Shown piece by piece: positions 26,561 through 39,492 of a stretch of DNA of 64,000 nucleotides; position 1 is the stretch's first letter; each line of letters opens with the position of its first letter. The DNA is from Octopus bimaculoides (Eukaryota): the NCBI RefSeq assembly GCF_001194135.2, contig NC_068991.1, forward strand, positions 65,644,052-65,708,051, written 5' to 3'. A program made the position numbers and the translations under genes. The notes below the pieces were generated by a model. That model searched no databases and was not told where the DNA came from. It worked only from the letters and a program-made list of their open reading frames with translations.

Positions 26561-26860
26561 TATCAGATGTTCTGTCTAACTCAAAGTAGTTCTTTAATCT
26601 GCTAGAAATAACAGTCAAGTTTCCACCAAATTATATCCTACTGTCTTAAAAATAATAGGTCACATTAGATAATGTAGTTCTAGATGCACTTGCTGTTCAA
26701 ATAAAAGAAAGAACAACCACATCAGTAACACTTTTAACACAGGTTGGTCATTGCTGGCATGCTTTTTATCATGTTTCTGCTATGTCAGAATAAACATGGA
26801 ACTAAACAACAACTAAACAATAACTACAAACAAGTTTTATTGCTCTCTCTCTTTCATATA

Positions 26861-27051
26861 TACTCTTCTGCTTGTTTCAGTCATTCGACTGTGGCCATGC
26901 TGGAGCACCGCTTTTAGTCAAGCAAATCGACCCCAGGACTTATTCTTTGTAAGCCTAGTACTTATTCTATCGGTCTCTTTTGCTGAACCACTAGGTTACC
27001 AGCATCGGTTGTCAAGCGGTGTTGGGGGGGGGGGACAAACAGACACACAAG

Positions 27052-27089
<38 letters not shown>

Positions 27090-27329
27090 AGTTAAAAAAA
27101 AACTAACAAAAAAAACAACAAAGTGAGGATGTGATACGGATAGTGTTATTGGACGCTCAGGAAAGGAAAGAGAGAATATATATGACGGGCTTCTTTCAGT
27201 TTCCGTCTACCAAATCCACTCACAAGGCTTTGGTCAGCCCTAGGCTATGGTAGAAGACACTTGCTCAAGTGCCATGCCGTGGGACTGAACCTGGAACCAT
27301 GTGATTCATAAGCAAGCTACTTACCACAG
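26861..27329 (-). mobile_element. SINE family A with a ~90-bp insert in its microsatellite
   Basis: Both conserved halves are present, separated by (CA)n plus the insert at 27087-27176. Confidence 0.88.
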
Positions 27330-27621
27330 AATTCTATGTCTATATAAAAAATCAGTGAATTCTTTCATAACAGTCAATATTATAACTGTTAGACTACCCT
27401 CACAGATAATTTGTTTTCAGTGGTGAAGACTTGTGTGTAAGACCAGCCACACATTTTGGAAATGCTGACAGCAGAAAAGCTGGGGCAAATATTTGCTATA
27501 AACTCAATGTACAGCACACTTCAGGCTTTTCTATTAGAATTCTCTATCACCTGGGTTGGTTGCCTTTGTGCACCAAACAAGTCCTCATGCATTATATATC
27601 AAATTCACAACAACTTAAAAA

Positions 27622-27667
<46 letters not shown>

Positions 27668-27907
27668 TTGTGATTTATAATTTCTAAGTCCTTGTATATT
27701 TAATATATATATATAAATTAACAAAAAAGATATTNNNNNNNNNNAAACACTATCAGCTTTAAAAAAAAGACAAAAGGACATATATATATATATATATATT
27801 CAAAATAGGATAAAAATCTTTTACAAGAATTTTATCAGGAAGCTAGTGTGTAAAAAAGTTCATAAGGGAAATTTCTATTCCCAAGAATATAATTATTTGT
27901 TTATATT

Positions 27908-28150
27908 TATATAAGGGCATAACACAACAGACTTCCCAAATAAACATATTTTAGTACCGAATGCGAGGAAAGCAACCCTGAAAACAGAAACTAGATTTTA
28001 TTCTGGTAATCACAAAATCGGTCGAGTTTAAAAAAAAAAAAAAAAAAAGTTGGTTTCTTTTGAGGGTTGCTTTCCTCGCATTCGGCACTAAAATGTGTTT
28101 ATTTGGGAAGCCTAGTGTGTGGCATTATTCTGTAGTAATGCCCTTATATA
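27908..28150. repeat. Foldback / MITE-like inverted repeat
   Basis: cttcccaaataaacatattttagtaccgaatgcgaggaaagcaaccct is mirrored at 28063-28111; outer ends tatataagggcat / atgcccttatata. Confidence 0.85.
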
Positions 28151-28440
28151 ACTATGTACATATATATATATGTATGTATGTTTATATATATATATATATA
28201 TGTATGTATNNNNNNNNNNNNNNNNNNNNNNNNNNNNNNNNNNNNNNNNNNNNNNNNNNNNNNNNNNNNNNNNNNNNNNNNNNNNNNNNNNNNNNNNNNN
28301 NNNNNNNNNATGTATATAGTTATAAATACAATATCTCTGAATAAAAGATGGGATTGTCATAGCTGGGACTACCAACTGGATCAGAGCTAACCAACAACCA
28401 GTTGAATAGGAGTGCAATGTAAAGGAAAACTTTTACTTAC

Positions 28441-28521
28441 ATTTGTTCTCAATGAATTGATGTAAAATACAGGACTTCCCAGTTCCAGCACTTCCTATAA
28501 CTAGGAATTTGAATAAAAAAT
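28441..28521 (-). CDS. RAB4: Rab4 coding exon (81 nt), P-loop: (D)[26 protein letters not shown](F)
   Basis: Acceptor ttttccag, donor gtaagt, phase 1-1; GSAGTGKS G1 motif. Confidence 0.97.
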
Positions 28522-29100
28522 CTGGAAAATTGAAACAACATTTATTAAGAGAGATTAAAGGATTTGCTAGAAGTGTCAAGAAATGCATACAGATTAAATA
28601 AATAAAAAAAAAACATCAAAAGATCAAAAGATCAGGAGGAAATGAGAGAAAAATAATCTTCATAACTGCTGAACTCTGAAGAAAATTATTTCTGTGAAAA
28701 AAAAAAATGAAAAAAATCTGCTGGGGAAAATAAACTTGTATAAAAAAAATTTAATAGACAAAAAAAATTTCATGACATTGTCATGAAATACAAATGCTTA
28801 AATGTTTCAATTAATTTTGAAAATAAGATAGTGGAGAGATTTAGGAAGATAAAATTTTTCATTATTAAACTTGTGTTTGGAAGATATTTTTCAAAACAGA
28901 AGATTCTTGCAGAAAATTAGGGTAGAAGATTTTCATTTAAACAAGAGCATTTTGAAAATGGGAAGGTTTGCATCATAGGCAGTCTTGAGCAGACAAAAAA
29001 GTGAGGGGTAGAAAGTGAGATATTAAAACTTGAGAAGTTTTCCTTAATCACATGGCCAAGAATAATTTAGAATATTATAGTCTCGATCTTTTTGTTATAT

Positions 29101-29498
29101 ACTCTTACTCTTTACTCTTTTACTTGTTTCAGTCATTTGACTGTGGCCATGCTGGAGCACCACCTTTTTAGTCGAGCAAATCGACCCCGGGACTTATTCT
29201 TTGTAAGCCTAGTACTTATTCTATCGGTCTCTTTTTGCCAAACCGCTAGGTGATGGGGACATAAACACACCAGCATCGGTTGTCAAGCAATGCTAGGAGG
29301 ACAAACACAGACACACAAACACACACACACATATATATATATACATATATACGACGGGCTTCTTTCAGTTTCCGTCTACCAAATCCACTCACAAGGCTTT
29401 GGTCGGCCCGAGGCTATAGTAGAAGACACTTGCCAAGGTGCCACTGAACCCGGAACCATGTGGTTGGTAAGCAAGCTACTTACCACACAGCCACTCCT
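29101..29498 (-). mobile_element. SINE family A, near full-length
   Basis: Minus-strand head ggagtggctgtgtggtaagtagc...ggttcagt (A/B-box-like); CpG-rich; ends aaaagagta repeats. Confidence 0.92.
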
Positions 29499-29989
29499 GG
29501 CCATTAATTTTTAGGTAAAGAATTTGATAGGTCAGAGGGCTATGTTGAATCTTTTATAGTATTTGGATAGGTACTCTTTTAGTGGTTCCAGCCAATGTGT
29601 TAGGATCATGCTGGGGTACAGTCATCAGCTCAGTCACAATTTTTGAAGTCAAATTGAGCCAGAATATTACATGTATCAGTAGCTTAGTGAATAGTAATGT
29701 TAGTATGCTTTGTCTATAAATAAGCACTTTTTGTTTGGAATTTAGTGTGGTCCTAGATACATATCCAGACGTAAGACATCTGAGATCGAACTGATTGGAT
29801 GAGAGTTTAGTTGTAGATGTTAGAAAATGTTTCATATATAAGGATGTGGTTAAAAGTGTGAAAAATCAATCATTTTAACAATAACTCATCTCAGATGCTA
29901 GAATGAATTCTGTACTTTGTTTTCCAAGGGGTCACTAACATAACATCTGTATATAATTAATTGTTATTTAATCAATAATAGCTCACTCT

Positions 29990-30047
<58 letters not shown>

Positions 30048-30797
30048 TGTGTGTGTAATACAGGGAGAATGTAGAGAAAGAGAGAGAGTGAGTGAAATAC
30101 ACATGCTTAAAAAAAAAAAAAATATTAGCAGATAATACACCAAACAGAAGAATAAAGCCATAGGTAAGCAAAGCGATCCAGTTTCAATCCTTGATTGTAT
30201 AGCAGATTCATTTCACTAAAATCACTAATGTTTTTAGAAAAAAACCTGAGCATTGTACAATCTGATAACACCCATCTACCCAACCTGTTCTCCTGAAAAT
30301 ATAATAAAATTACAGCTTTTGTAAGAAAACCATTTACAACTAAATCACACACACACAAAATGAAAAGAAAGAAAACACACAAGGAAAAGGGCATGCCAAA
30401 TGAAATTGGTGAAACATGGAGATGACGTGTAGATAACTGAAATACTGATGGATAAATAGACAGGGGCCAGATTCCTCTATTGACCCTCTTCCTTCAGTTA
30501 CAATGTACAAAACTAATTTAAACAAGATATTGTTTTCCCTGAATCAATACAAATTGAGGCAGAAGTATATTGTGAGATACATTGCTTAGAAATTGTAGCC
30601 AGAATATGTTCTTAAAGGGAAAGAATACCAGCTAAGAGAATTTTACTAACAATTGTAACAAAATTTTGTCTTTAAGTAGCAGTGGTGATAGTACTGGTGA
30701 TGGTCTTGTAACACTATCACTACCACCGTTGTCACCACCATCCTTTCGCTTTCCCACCACCAACATCACGACTAGGGTCCATTCTCCAAACCATATT

Positions 30798-31011
30798 CTC
30801 TTTTACTCTTTTACTTGTTTCAGTCATTTGACTGCGGCCATGCTGGAGCACCACCTTTAGTCAACCCCAGGGCTTATTCTTTGTAAGCCTAGTACTTATT
30901 CTATCGGTACTCTTTTGCCGAACCGCTAAGTTACAGGGACGTAAACACACCAGCATCGGTTGTCAAGCAATGTTGGGGGCACAAACATAGACACACAAAC
31001 ATATACACACA

Positions 31012-31043
<32 letters not shown>

Positions 31044-31490
31044 NNNNNNNNNNNNNNNNNNNNNNNNNNNNNNNNNNNNNNNNNNNNNNNNNNNNNNNNN
31101 NNNNNNNNNNNNNNNNNNNNNNNNNNNNNNNNNNNNNNNNNNNNNNNNNNNNNNNNNNNNNNNNNNNNNNNNNNNNNNNNNNNNNNNNNNNNNNNNNNNN
31201 NNNNNNNNNNNACTGGAGCCTGGTGTTGCCATCCGGTTTCACCAGTCCTCAGTCAAATCGTCCAACCCATGCTAGCATGGAAAGCGGACGTTAAACGATG
31301 ATGATGATATATACATATATATACGAAGGGCTTCTTTCAGTTTCCGTCTACCAAATCCACTCACAAGGCTTTGGTCAGCCTGAGGCTATAGTAGAAGACA
31401 CTTGCCCAAGGTGCCACGCAGTGAGACTGAACCCAGAACCATGTGGTTGGTAAGCAAGCTACTTACCACACAGCCACTCCTGCATATAAA
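30798..31490 (-). mobile_element. SINE family A with an RTE-tail element nested in its (TA)n (partly gap)
   Basis: The 3' half is at 30798-31043, the RTE-tail piece at 31212-31307 and the head half at 31310-31482. Confidence 0.85.
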
Positions 31491-31629
31491 ACTGCTATAT
31501 TCTCTATGTATACTTTTTTTTTTTTTTTTACAGATGTCTTTAAAGACTGTCAGAGATGTACTTAATTGGAAAATGATTTGATCCGAGACAGTCTGTTAAA
31601 CAATTACAGCACTGAAGGCACATATTAGA

Positions 31630-31823
31630 CATTCAAAAACATACAAAAACTTCACTTCACTTAAACATTTATTATTTGGTGTCAAAATTTTCACCAAAAC
31701 CTTTCCACTGCAACTCAGTTACAATAGAGCTGTTTGTGACCAGATTGCAGTTGGTGCAATGAAAATTTCGACACCAAATAATAACTGTTTAAGTGAAATT
31801 AAGTTTTTGTATGTTTTTGAATG
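31630..31823. repeat. Foldback / MITE-like inverted repeat
   Basis: cattcaaaaacatacaaaaactt..ttcacttaaaca.ttattatttggtgtc.aaattttca and its reverse complement ending at 31823. Confidence 0.85.
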
Positions 31824-31855
31824 GCTCCAAACTGTTATTGCTTAAATAGTGTGTA

Positions 31856-32235
31856 TACTCTTTTACTTGTTTCAGTCATTTGACTGTGGTCATGCTGGAG
31901 CACCGCCTTTAGTCAAGCAAATCAACCCTAGGACTTATTCTTTGTAAGTCCAGTATTTATTCTATCGGTCTCTTTTGCTGAACCACTAAGTTACGGGGAC
32001 GTAAACACACCAGCATCGGTTGTCAAGCGATGTTGCGGGGACAAACACACAAACACATACATATACAAATATACGACGGGCTTCTTTCAGTTTCTGTCTA
32101 CCAAATCCACTCACAAGGCTTTGGTCGGCCTGAGGCTATAGTAGAAGACACTTGCCCAAGGTGCCATGCAGTGGGATTGAACCTGGAACCATGTGGTTCG
32201 TAAGCAAGCTACTTACCACACAGCCACTCCTACGC
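31856..32235 (-). mobile_element. SINE family A, near full-length
   Basis: High similarity to 29101-29498 and 43455-43860. Confidence 0.92.
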
Positions 32236-32720
32236 TGTATGCAAATAATTATTTATATTCATCTATATCATTTCATATTCCTTTATGTTAGAAGATTAGC
32301 AGAAATGATAGAATGTTGAGATAGTTGGTCCTTCACATTTCGAGTTGAAACTTTGTTGAGTTGATTTTGCCTTTTGTTCTCGGTAGATGGGTGAGGTATT
32401 CATTAAAATAGGTACCAATCAAGTACTAAAGTTGATTTATTTAACTACGCCCTTCCCTTAAATTTGAGGGTTTGCACCAATGTAGGAAACCAATGTGCCA
32501 GACAGATTGGCTCTATGGATAATGTATTGCATTACTAGCTGGTGGATCAGGAGTTCAAACCTGTTGGACAATATACTTCATTCTACTTGACTCGCATAAT
32601 TCTACTGTTGAAGAAATAGGTCCCAGATATTTTGAAAACGCTACTTCAGATAGACTAACATCACTTCCAGGAACTGAAACAATCTTATCCTCAACACTAT
32701 TATGCGTACTTATCCTACAC

Positions 32721-32757
<37 letters not shown>

Positions 32758-33189
32758 GAAATTCCAATCAAGCAGTGGCTCTTGGACTACAGTGATTCAT
32801 GGAAAGGAAAATATTAATGACTTTAATGAATTAATTAATTATGTAACAAAACACATGATTAAGTCACAGACATTCAGAATTCTTCACAATGTAGTAATTA
32901 TCTCTCTCTCACACACACACACACACACATACACACACATTATTTGAATGAATGATTTAAACCAATTGAAAGAACAAGGTAGCTATCTATAACAAAGCAA
33001 TAGTTTTATCTGCTCTACTAATCAGCAACAATATATTACATAGAAGATGGATAATTAAAGTGTCAATCTCATACTGAAACACAGAGTGCAGCTACTCTTT
33101 CATACAGACATATCAACTAAGAAATAAAAGTAATTTTCACTTTCTCAAGACATTAACCAAACCTCTTAACAATGGTAATTGATTGATAT

Positions 33190-33660
33190 TGCTTCTATCA
33201 GATACCTTCTCCCTGTTCCAACAGAATCTTCCAAATGACTTAACTTTGTTAAATGAAAGCCTGAAGGAATTAATAGACACTGTAACCAGGAACTAGGAAT
33301 GTGGCAGGAGCCAAACAGAAAGGCCTGACACTTGGCATAGACTTGGAATGTGTGTGGGGGGTGTAGGGGAAGGCAGCTGGGTTGACACTCCACACTCAGT
33401 ATATTCCACAGTTGAATTAGAACAGTCACAAACAGTGAAAGAAGACATGCACCCAACACCAGAGCTGAAGACACCTCCGAAAGGAGGGGCCCCGCCACGT
33501 CAAAACGGTAGAGGAGTAGGGGCCGAAACCGGACGTGGTTCCTCCTGATGATGTCTTCAGCTAACTGGATCCTATAAAGGAGCTGTTGTGGTAGCAGACC
33601 ACGAAACATGGTTGAAATTCCTCCTTCCTGTTACTGCTTTTATCAATCCTTGTAGGAAGA
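33190..33660 (+). mobile_element. Probable RTE LINE 5' region / UTR fragment containing a structured segment
   Basis: GC-richer island with an LTLG..WNV-like endonuclease start at about 33325-33350, upstream of the decayed RT on the same strand. Confidence 0.35.
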
Positions 33661-34019
33661 AAAACAAAGGTCATCTCTTAATGTGATCTGAACTCAGCAT
33701 AAAGGGACCAGGCAAAATACTGTAAGTGCAATGTGCTGCCATTCCTGCTTTCTCTCCACTATGATAGTGTTAATAATAACAAAAGAGTGTGAACACTAGA
33801 AACATCAGCTATTTATTGAGTATGAAGAATGGAGATAATTATCAACAGTTGATATATCAATTATCCATTGTCTGTGAGCAGTTGAGATATTAACTATTAA
33901 TGTAGTGTGAACAAAAGAGATATCAGCTATCAGTCAAACATGAGAGAAGCTGTAAGTCAATTTTGTTGAATTCCATACTGTGAATTAAATGATTAATAAT
34001 AAAAACTCAAATTCAAACT

Positions 34020-35230
34020 GTGTACAAGTTATGAGGAGCCATTCTGCCAAACTTACACATTCTATAATAAAATATAATTGGTTGATCACATATCCCTGGG
34101 CAAAACATGAGCAAGTCACAAGTTGATGCCTGTTCCTTACTGAGAAACTAGCCTTTGGTCAACAAAAGAGTCATTTTAACATCAGTGAATATGAACAGTT
34201 TTTTGCTGAATTTTCCACAAGGTGGTACACATATTGTTGGTGCTCCTAGACATACAAAATCCACAATGCGTTTCAGGAAGAATTTCCTTCACAAGGCTTT
34301 CAACATTTACTAAAATAGGGCTTATAGACCCTGCTCAAAAGATCTGGGTGTCAAGATCAATATGGGAAGATAGTCAAGCAATCCCACAATGATATAATCT
34401 TCCATGATTTTTCTTGGGAGCAACAGCATGACCTCTTTTCCAATCAAAGCAGGTTTGTATATTTGCTCCAACACTCTTTGCATTATTTCTGGATGCTGCT
34501 TTTCAAAACACGGCAAGCAAGCTTATCCACATAAGAGCAGATGGTGGGTTACTTGACCATGGTTAAGGTTCACTAGGAAGTACTATAATATTTACAATCA
34601 CAAATTTCTCCTCAATGATGAGTTAACTCAGGTGGACTCATTTCCAAAAAATTAGCCAGAAAGTTATATATTCTGAATGTGTGTGCGGTGACAACGTTTA
34701 GCTTGTTGATAAATGTTTAAAAAAAAAAAAAAAAAATCTGAATTCATATCAATCTAAATCTCAAATGCTTGAACATGAACCATCAACCATCATGAGGACA
34801 AGACAACCACTATGTGTAGTGAAAATGTTTAACTATTTGGGTAGTATAATTTTTGACCATAACAGCCTAGATATGGAAGTGGATTGCTGCATACAGTCTG
34901 TTAGAATTGCTTTCAGGAAGCTCAATAATTTAACTATAGAAACATGAAACTATTAACAAAATACCAAGTATATTGAGCAGTAGTACCATCCTGTCTCTTG
35001 TATTTTGCTGAGACTTACACACTGAATCAGCAACATATCAAAATGCTGATGAGCAAGCAGTTATGATCAATAATGAACATTCCTTGGCAAGACCACATCT
35101 CCAACCATGAAAATCTGCAGCAAATATGCTTGGTATTGAGTCTATCCTGATAGAATCGTAGGGGTGCTGGATCAGAAATATGATCCATAAAAGGCTGTAC
35201 TCTAGAGTGAGTTAAAAAGGCAGAGGGCTA
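34020..35230 (+). mobile_element. Decayed RTE (BovB-like) LINE ORF2, RT and C-terminal region
   Basis: Segments RADGGLL, VVKMFNYLGSII...DMEVDCCIQSVRIAFRKL, KYQVY.AVVPSCLLYFAETYTL and IMNIPWQDHISNHE match the RTE F.YLGS...AF.KL and VY.AVV...LLY..ETWTL...W.DRI.N motifs. Confidence 0.8.
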
Positions 35231-35291
35231 TAAATAATGGAGTAGAAGTTACTAAGTTGATCTGAAACAAGAAGGAAAAGATAGAGCAAGA

Positions 35292-35336
<45 letters not shown>

Positions 35337-35559
35337 NNNNNNNNNNNNNNNNNNNNNNNNNNNNNNNNNNNNNNNNNNNNNNNNNNNNNNNNNNNNNNNN
35401 NNNNNNNNNNNNNNNNNNNNNNNNNNNGTGTGTGCGTGTGTGTGTGTGCGTGCGTGTGCGTGTGTGCGTGCGTGCGTGTGTGTCTTTGGTCTACAGTTCC
35501 ACAAAAGAATGAAGCATTTGTAAATGATTTTTTTCCATTATATTTTATCTTTTACATTT

Positions 35560-35860
35560 TGTCACAGGACTGGAGCCATATTGGCACATTGCCTTGAAGC
35601 ATTTTGATGAAACAAATCAACAGCAGTTATTTTTAAGTCTGGTACTTATTCTGTTGGTCTCTTTTGCCAAACCACTAAGTTACAGGGATGTAAACAAACC
35701 AACCCCAGTTATCAAGCAGTGCAGTGGGGACCAAACACAGACACAATGACACACATATTATGATGAGCTTCCACACAGTTTCTTCCTGCCAAATTCACTT
35801 ACAAAACACTGAATGGCCCAGAGCTATAATAGAAGACACTTGCCTTAAGTACTGCTGTCT
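35560..35860 (-). mobile_element. SINE family A, old copy
   Basis: Diverged but collinear with the family consensus; a similar old copy lies at about 40165-40560. Confidence 0.7.
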
Positions 35861-37518
35861 GATGCTCATGCCATTCTTGAGACCCTTAGTGTCATAAGTA
35901 GAATGGCATGGCTACAAAACCAACCTGCATATGTGACACATTAGGAAATTACAGATACTCAATGGTACTCACCACACTTCGAGACAAAGTATTTCCTACA
36001 TTAGGAAACAGCCATAAATTCAAAGGAAAGGAAATTTAATTGACTATATTGTCATGCCCGAATAGATGGAGGAAAAGACAACTCCAATGGTAGTTAAGTT
36101 CAGTAAATAAACTGATGCAACTAAATGCCACAAGGAACTTTGCCAATAGTTCTACTGACACTTCCACACCATTGCTTGTCTTTAGGATGAATAATAATTA
36201 TATAGATTATCAGAAAAATAAACTGACACTTAAGACTTTATAGAATATCTAAGGAAATTTTAATCTGGTCACCTAATGGTTTTTAAATTTAAATCATCAT
36301 CATCACCACCATTTAATCTTTTTTTCTATGCTGGCATGGGTTGAATGGTTTAGCAGGAGCTGGTAAGTCAAAGGACTGTGCCAAGCCCCACTATCTGCTT
36401 TGGTATGGTTTCTACAACTAGATGCCCTTCTTAATGCCAACCACTTCAGAGAATGTACTGGGTGCTTTTAACATGGGACTGGCACCGGAGACCTCACTAA
36501 GTAACTTGCAAGACAAGATCCGTCAACTGAAGTGGGGGTAGTAATAAGGGAAGGTGGATTTATGCCAGGTGATGAGAGGTTAAAGTGTAATAAAGGACTT
36601 TTGAAGGGGAAAAAATGTATCATTATGACAATTTAATGACCTGGAAAAGTAGTTTAGAAGGTCGTTGTGGACAGAAGGTCTCAGATTCAATCTCATTGCA
36701 TAGCATCTTGAGCAAATGTTCTTTAGAATAGACCAGGGTCAACCCAAACATTGCAAGAGAAATCGGGTTGACAGAAACTGCATGACAGTCTACTGAATAG
36801 ATTTACCTGTAATTTAAAGGTCCAGCCTTTTCCCCACTGTGTGTTGGCATCTGTGACATCTGTGGAATGTTCATCCATTTACATACTAATTCAATGAGGA
36901 GGTAGTTTAGTTGATCAAAAACTGAATATTCATCGTCAACACTGATGGAGATCTATGTACTTACAGTTTTAATGTTATTTTGTAACTTAATAGCCATTGC
37001 AGTTTAATTGTTTTGGCAATAATGACTTTTGCAAATATAAAAGAAATATTTCCATTTAAAACAGGATGTTATTGTTCCTGACTTGGGAACAAGCTTTGCT
37101 GGAGTTTAATGACTAATAACAGTATTTGATGTCAAAAATATTTGAAGTGATATTGTTTAGTGTCTATATCATTATATAGGTAGACTGACAGCAGACATAC
37201 CGATACACTGCTGTTATACTGTCATAGGAGATTAGACACCTATACAGGACTTGTAAGGAGACACATGGAATAGTTAAGTAATATTAGGATAAACAACTAA
37301 CAGAATCAATAAAGTGAAAGACAAATGCCTAGTAGAGTTGCATCTCAACATTTTGAGTTCAGATTCTGTTGGGTTAAATTTACTTTTCATCAGCTTTGAA
37401 GTAGCTAAAATAAATATCAGTAGTTTTAAATACATGCAGTATTAGATACTTACAGTATTAACCCTTTGCCTGTCCTGTGTATCACATGTGATATGCATCC
37501 TATATGATACACATTCCC

Positions 37519-37901
37519 GTGGAGACGCAATGGCCCAGTGGTTAGGGCAGAGGACTCGCAGTCATAGGATCGCGGTTTCGATTTCCAGACCGGGCGTTGT
37601 GAGTGTTTATTGAGCGAAAAACCTAAAGCTCCATGAGGCTCCGGCAGGGGGTGGTGGCGAACCCTGCTGTACTCTTTCACCACAACTATCTCTCACTCTT
37701 TCTTCCTGTTTCTGTTGTGCCTGTAATTCAAAGGGTGAGCCTTGTCACACTGTGTCACGCTGAATATCCTCGAGAACTACGTTAAGGGTACACGTGTCTG
37801 GAATGCTCAGCCACTTACACGTTAATTTCACGAGTAGGCTGTTCCGTTGATCGGATCAACTGGAACCCTCGACGTCATAAGCGATGCACATTCGTAACAA
37901 C
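37519..37901 (+). mobile_element. tRNA-derived SINE family E (tRNA-Arg-like head; resembles octopus OR-type SINEs)
   Basis: A box tggcccagtgg, B box gtttcgatttc; 13-bp TSD gatacacattccc at 37506-18 and 37902-14; near-identical to 58405-58787. Confidence 0.9.
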
Positions 37902-38299
37902 GATACACATTCCCATATTTTGTTCAAGCACCAAAGTAACTTGGAACTTATGAAAGGAAAGCTTTATATTACTCAGAACAGATGAAAGAAGGGCTAACTA
38001 AAATTCTGTAAACAAGCATGGACATTTGGGATAAACTTATGAAACTGCTTTGGACAGGTAAAGGATAGACTTAAAATTGATAGAGCATCAGATTGAAGGA
38101 TGGGCAATATAACAATGTTCCTTCCTACAAACATGTGGAACTTTGTACATAAGTTAAGCATCAATATTAAATGAGACAGCTCCATATTTCCTATCAAAAT
38201 CTGTGGTAAATGTGTATACAACACTTTCTTGGATACATTTCTAATAAGTAATCTACTATGAAGTTTTAATTTTTAATATAATCAAGATTTGACCTATAG

Positions 38300-38620
38300 A
38301 TATCATTGTTGAGACCCCAATCATCTCTGCTGAAGAAGACTCATAAAACTGAAGCAGCTAATCAGTTTGAGTGAGTGTTTTGGTGCTGGTGGTGTTGTAG
38401 GCAAGGAGAGTGGAGCATCCTACCTTTATTGTGGAACAGGCTACAACAGCAGGTTGTAAAACAGGTGATCTGCATTTTACAGAAAATAGTGACATTGCTT
38501 GAGAAAATTTGCCAGTTATATTGTGCAGACTGGTTATATAGAAGCTCCTTTGGCTCATTAAGATCCTGTTACTTGGCAAATTAGATATAGGATACAGTAG
38601 CCTTAGTTAAACTGGTAGCT
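38300..38620 (-). mobile_element. Possible CR1/Jockey RT remnant
   Basis: Weak (Q)PVPQ(K)R(G)D..SL resemblance to the QPVPKKGD motif. Confidence 0.3.
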
Positions 38621-39192
38621 AGGGATCAAATCACACTGTACAAGTTATGCACAAAATATGCCTTGGCTTGTTCAGATACATTAGTTGGTGTGGTAGATTT
38701 AGGATATAGCAAACTAATAACAAGAGATACAATCACATAATCATAAATGAGAAATAGTTTAGAAAATGATCATTAATATATATCCAGGGGTAATACTGAA
38801 ACAGGATAAAAAAACAAAATCAAGGTGTGCATGTGTATGTAAAGGTGCTTGCATATATATCTCAGTGTGTGTGTGTGTGTGTGTGCGTGCGTGTGTGTGG
38901 CATGATCATGTAAAGAATCATGCTGAAAGCTAATACTGATTTATATCACTGAGATCTACCAATGGAACTGTCTTAAAACAGTATAGATGGTAAATGTGAT
39001 GAATAATATTATATTTTAGAGTCTGTGTGTGTGTTTTTTTGTTTTCTTCTTTTTTAAAGTCATTTCCTGAAAGAAATGAGGACAACAGAACATTTCAATA
39101 ATAAACAATAACAATAAAGCCAGAGAGAGAGGGAGAGAGAGAAAGAGAAAGAGAGAGAGATGATAGATAGATAGATAGCGAGAGAAAAATAT

Positions 39193-39229
<37 letters not shown>

Positions 39230-39444
39230 GTGATTATGTCTAGAGTGATTACTGAACATTCCAGGAGTTCATTTGGAATAAATATATAGCAATACATTTA
39301 CTGTAGTATATAGAAATAGATGTTGATAGGCTGTGGAGGGTTAAAAAAAGAATGACAGTAGGGCAGCAGGGAGGGATGGAACGATTACATTGATAGTCAA
39401 TCAGCTTTAAATGTTCCCTTTTAAGCTTTCAAGAGTGTCATTAA

Positions 39445-39492
<48 letters not shown>

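Noticed and set aside
33166-33609. 147-aa minus-strand ORF
   Set aside because: No recognisable motif; it lies antisense to a probable LINE 5' region and overlaps the structured segment, so it is not called as CDS.
33525-33610. CTGATGA with nearby GAAA motifs as a hammerhead
   Set aside because: No arrangement gives a paired stem II closing base pair together with stems I and III around an NUH site.
37519-37595. tRNA genes at 37519, 58405, 63907 and 53435
   Set aside because: No closed acceptor stem or terminator; each continues into a repeat body and three have TSDs, so they are SINE heads.
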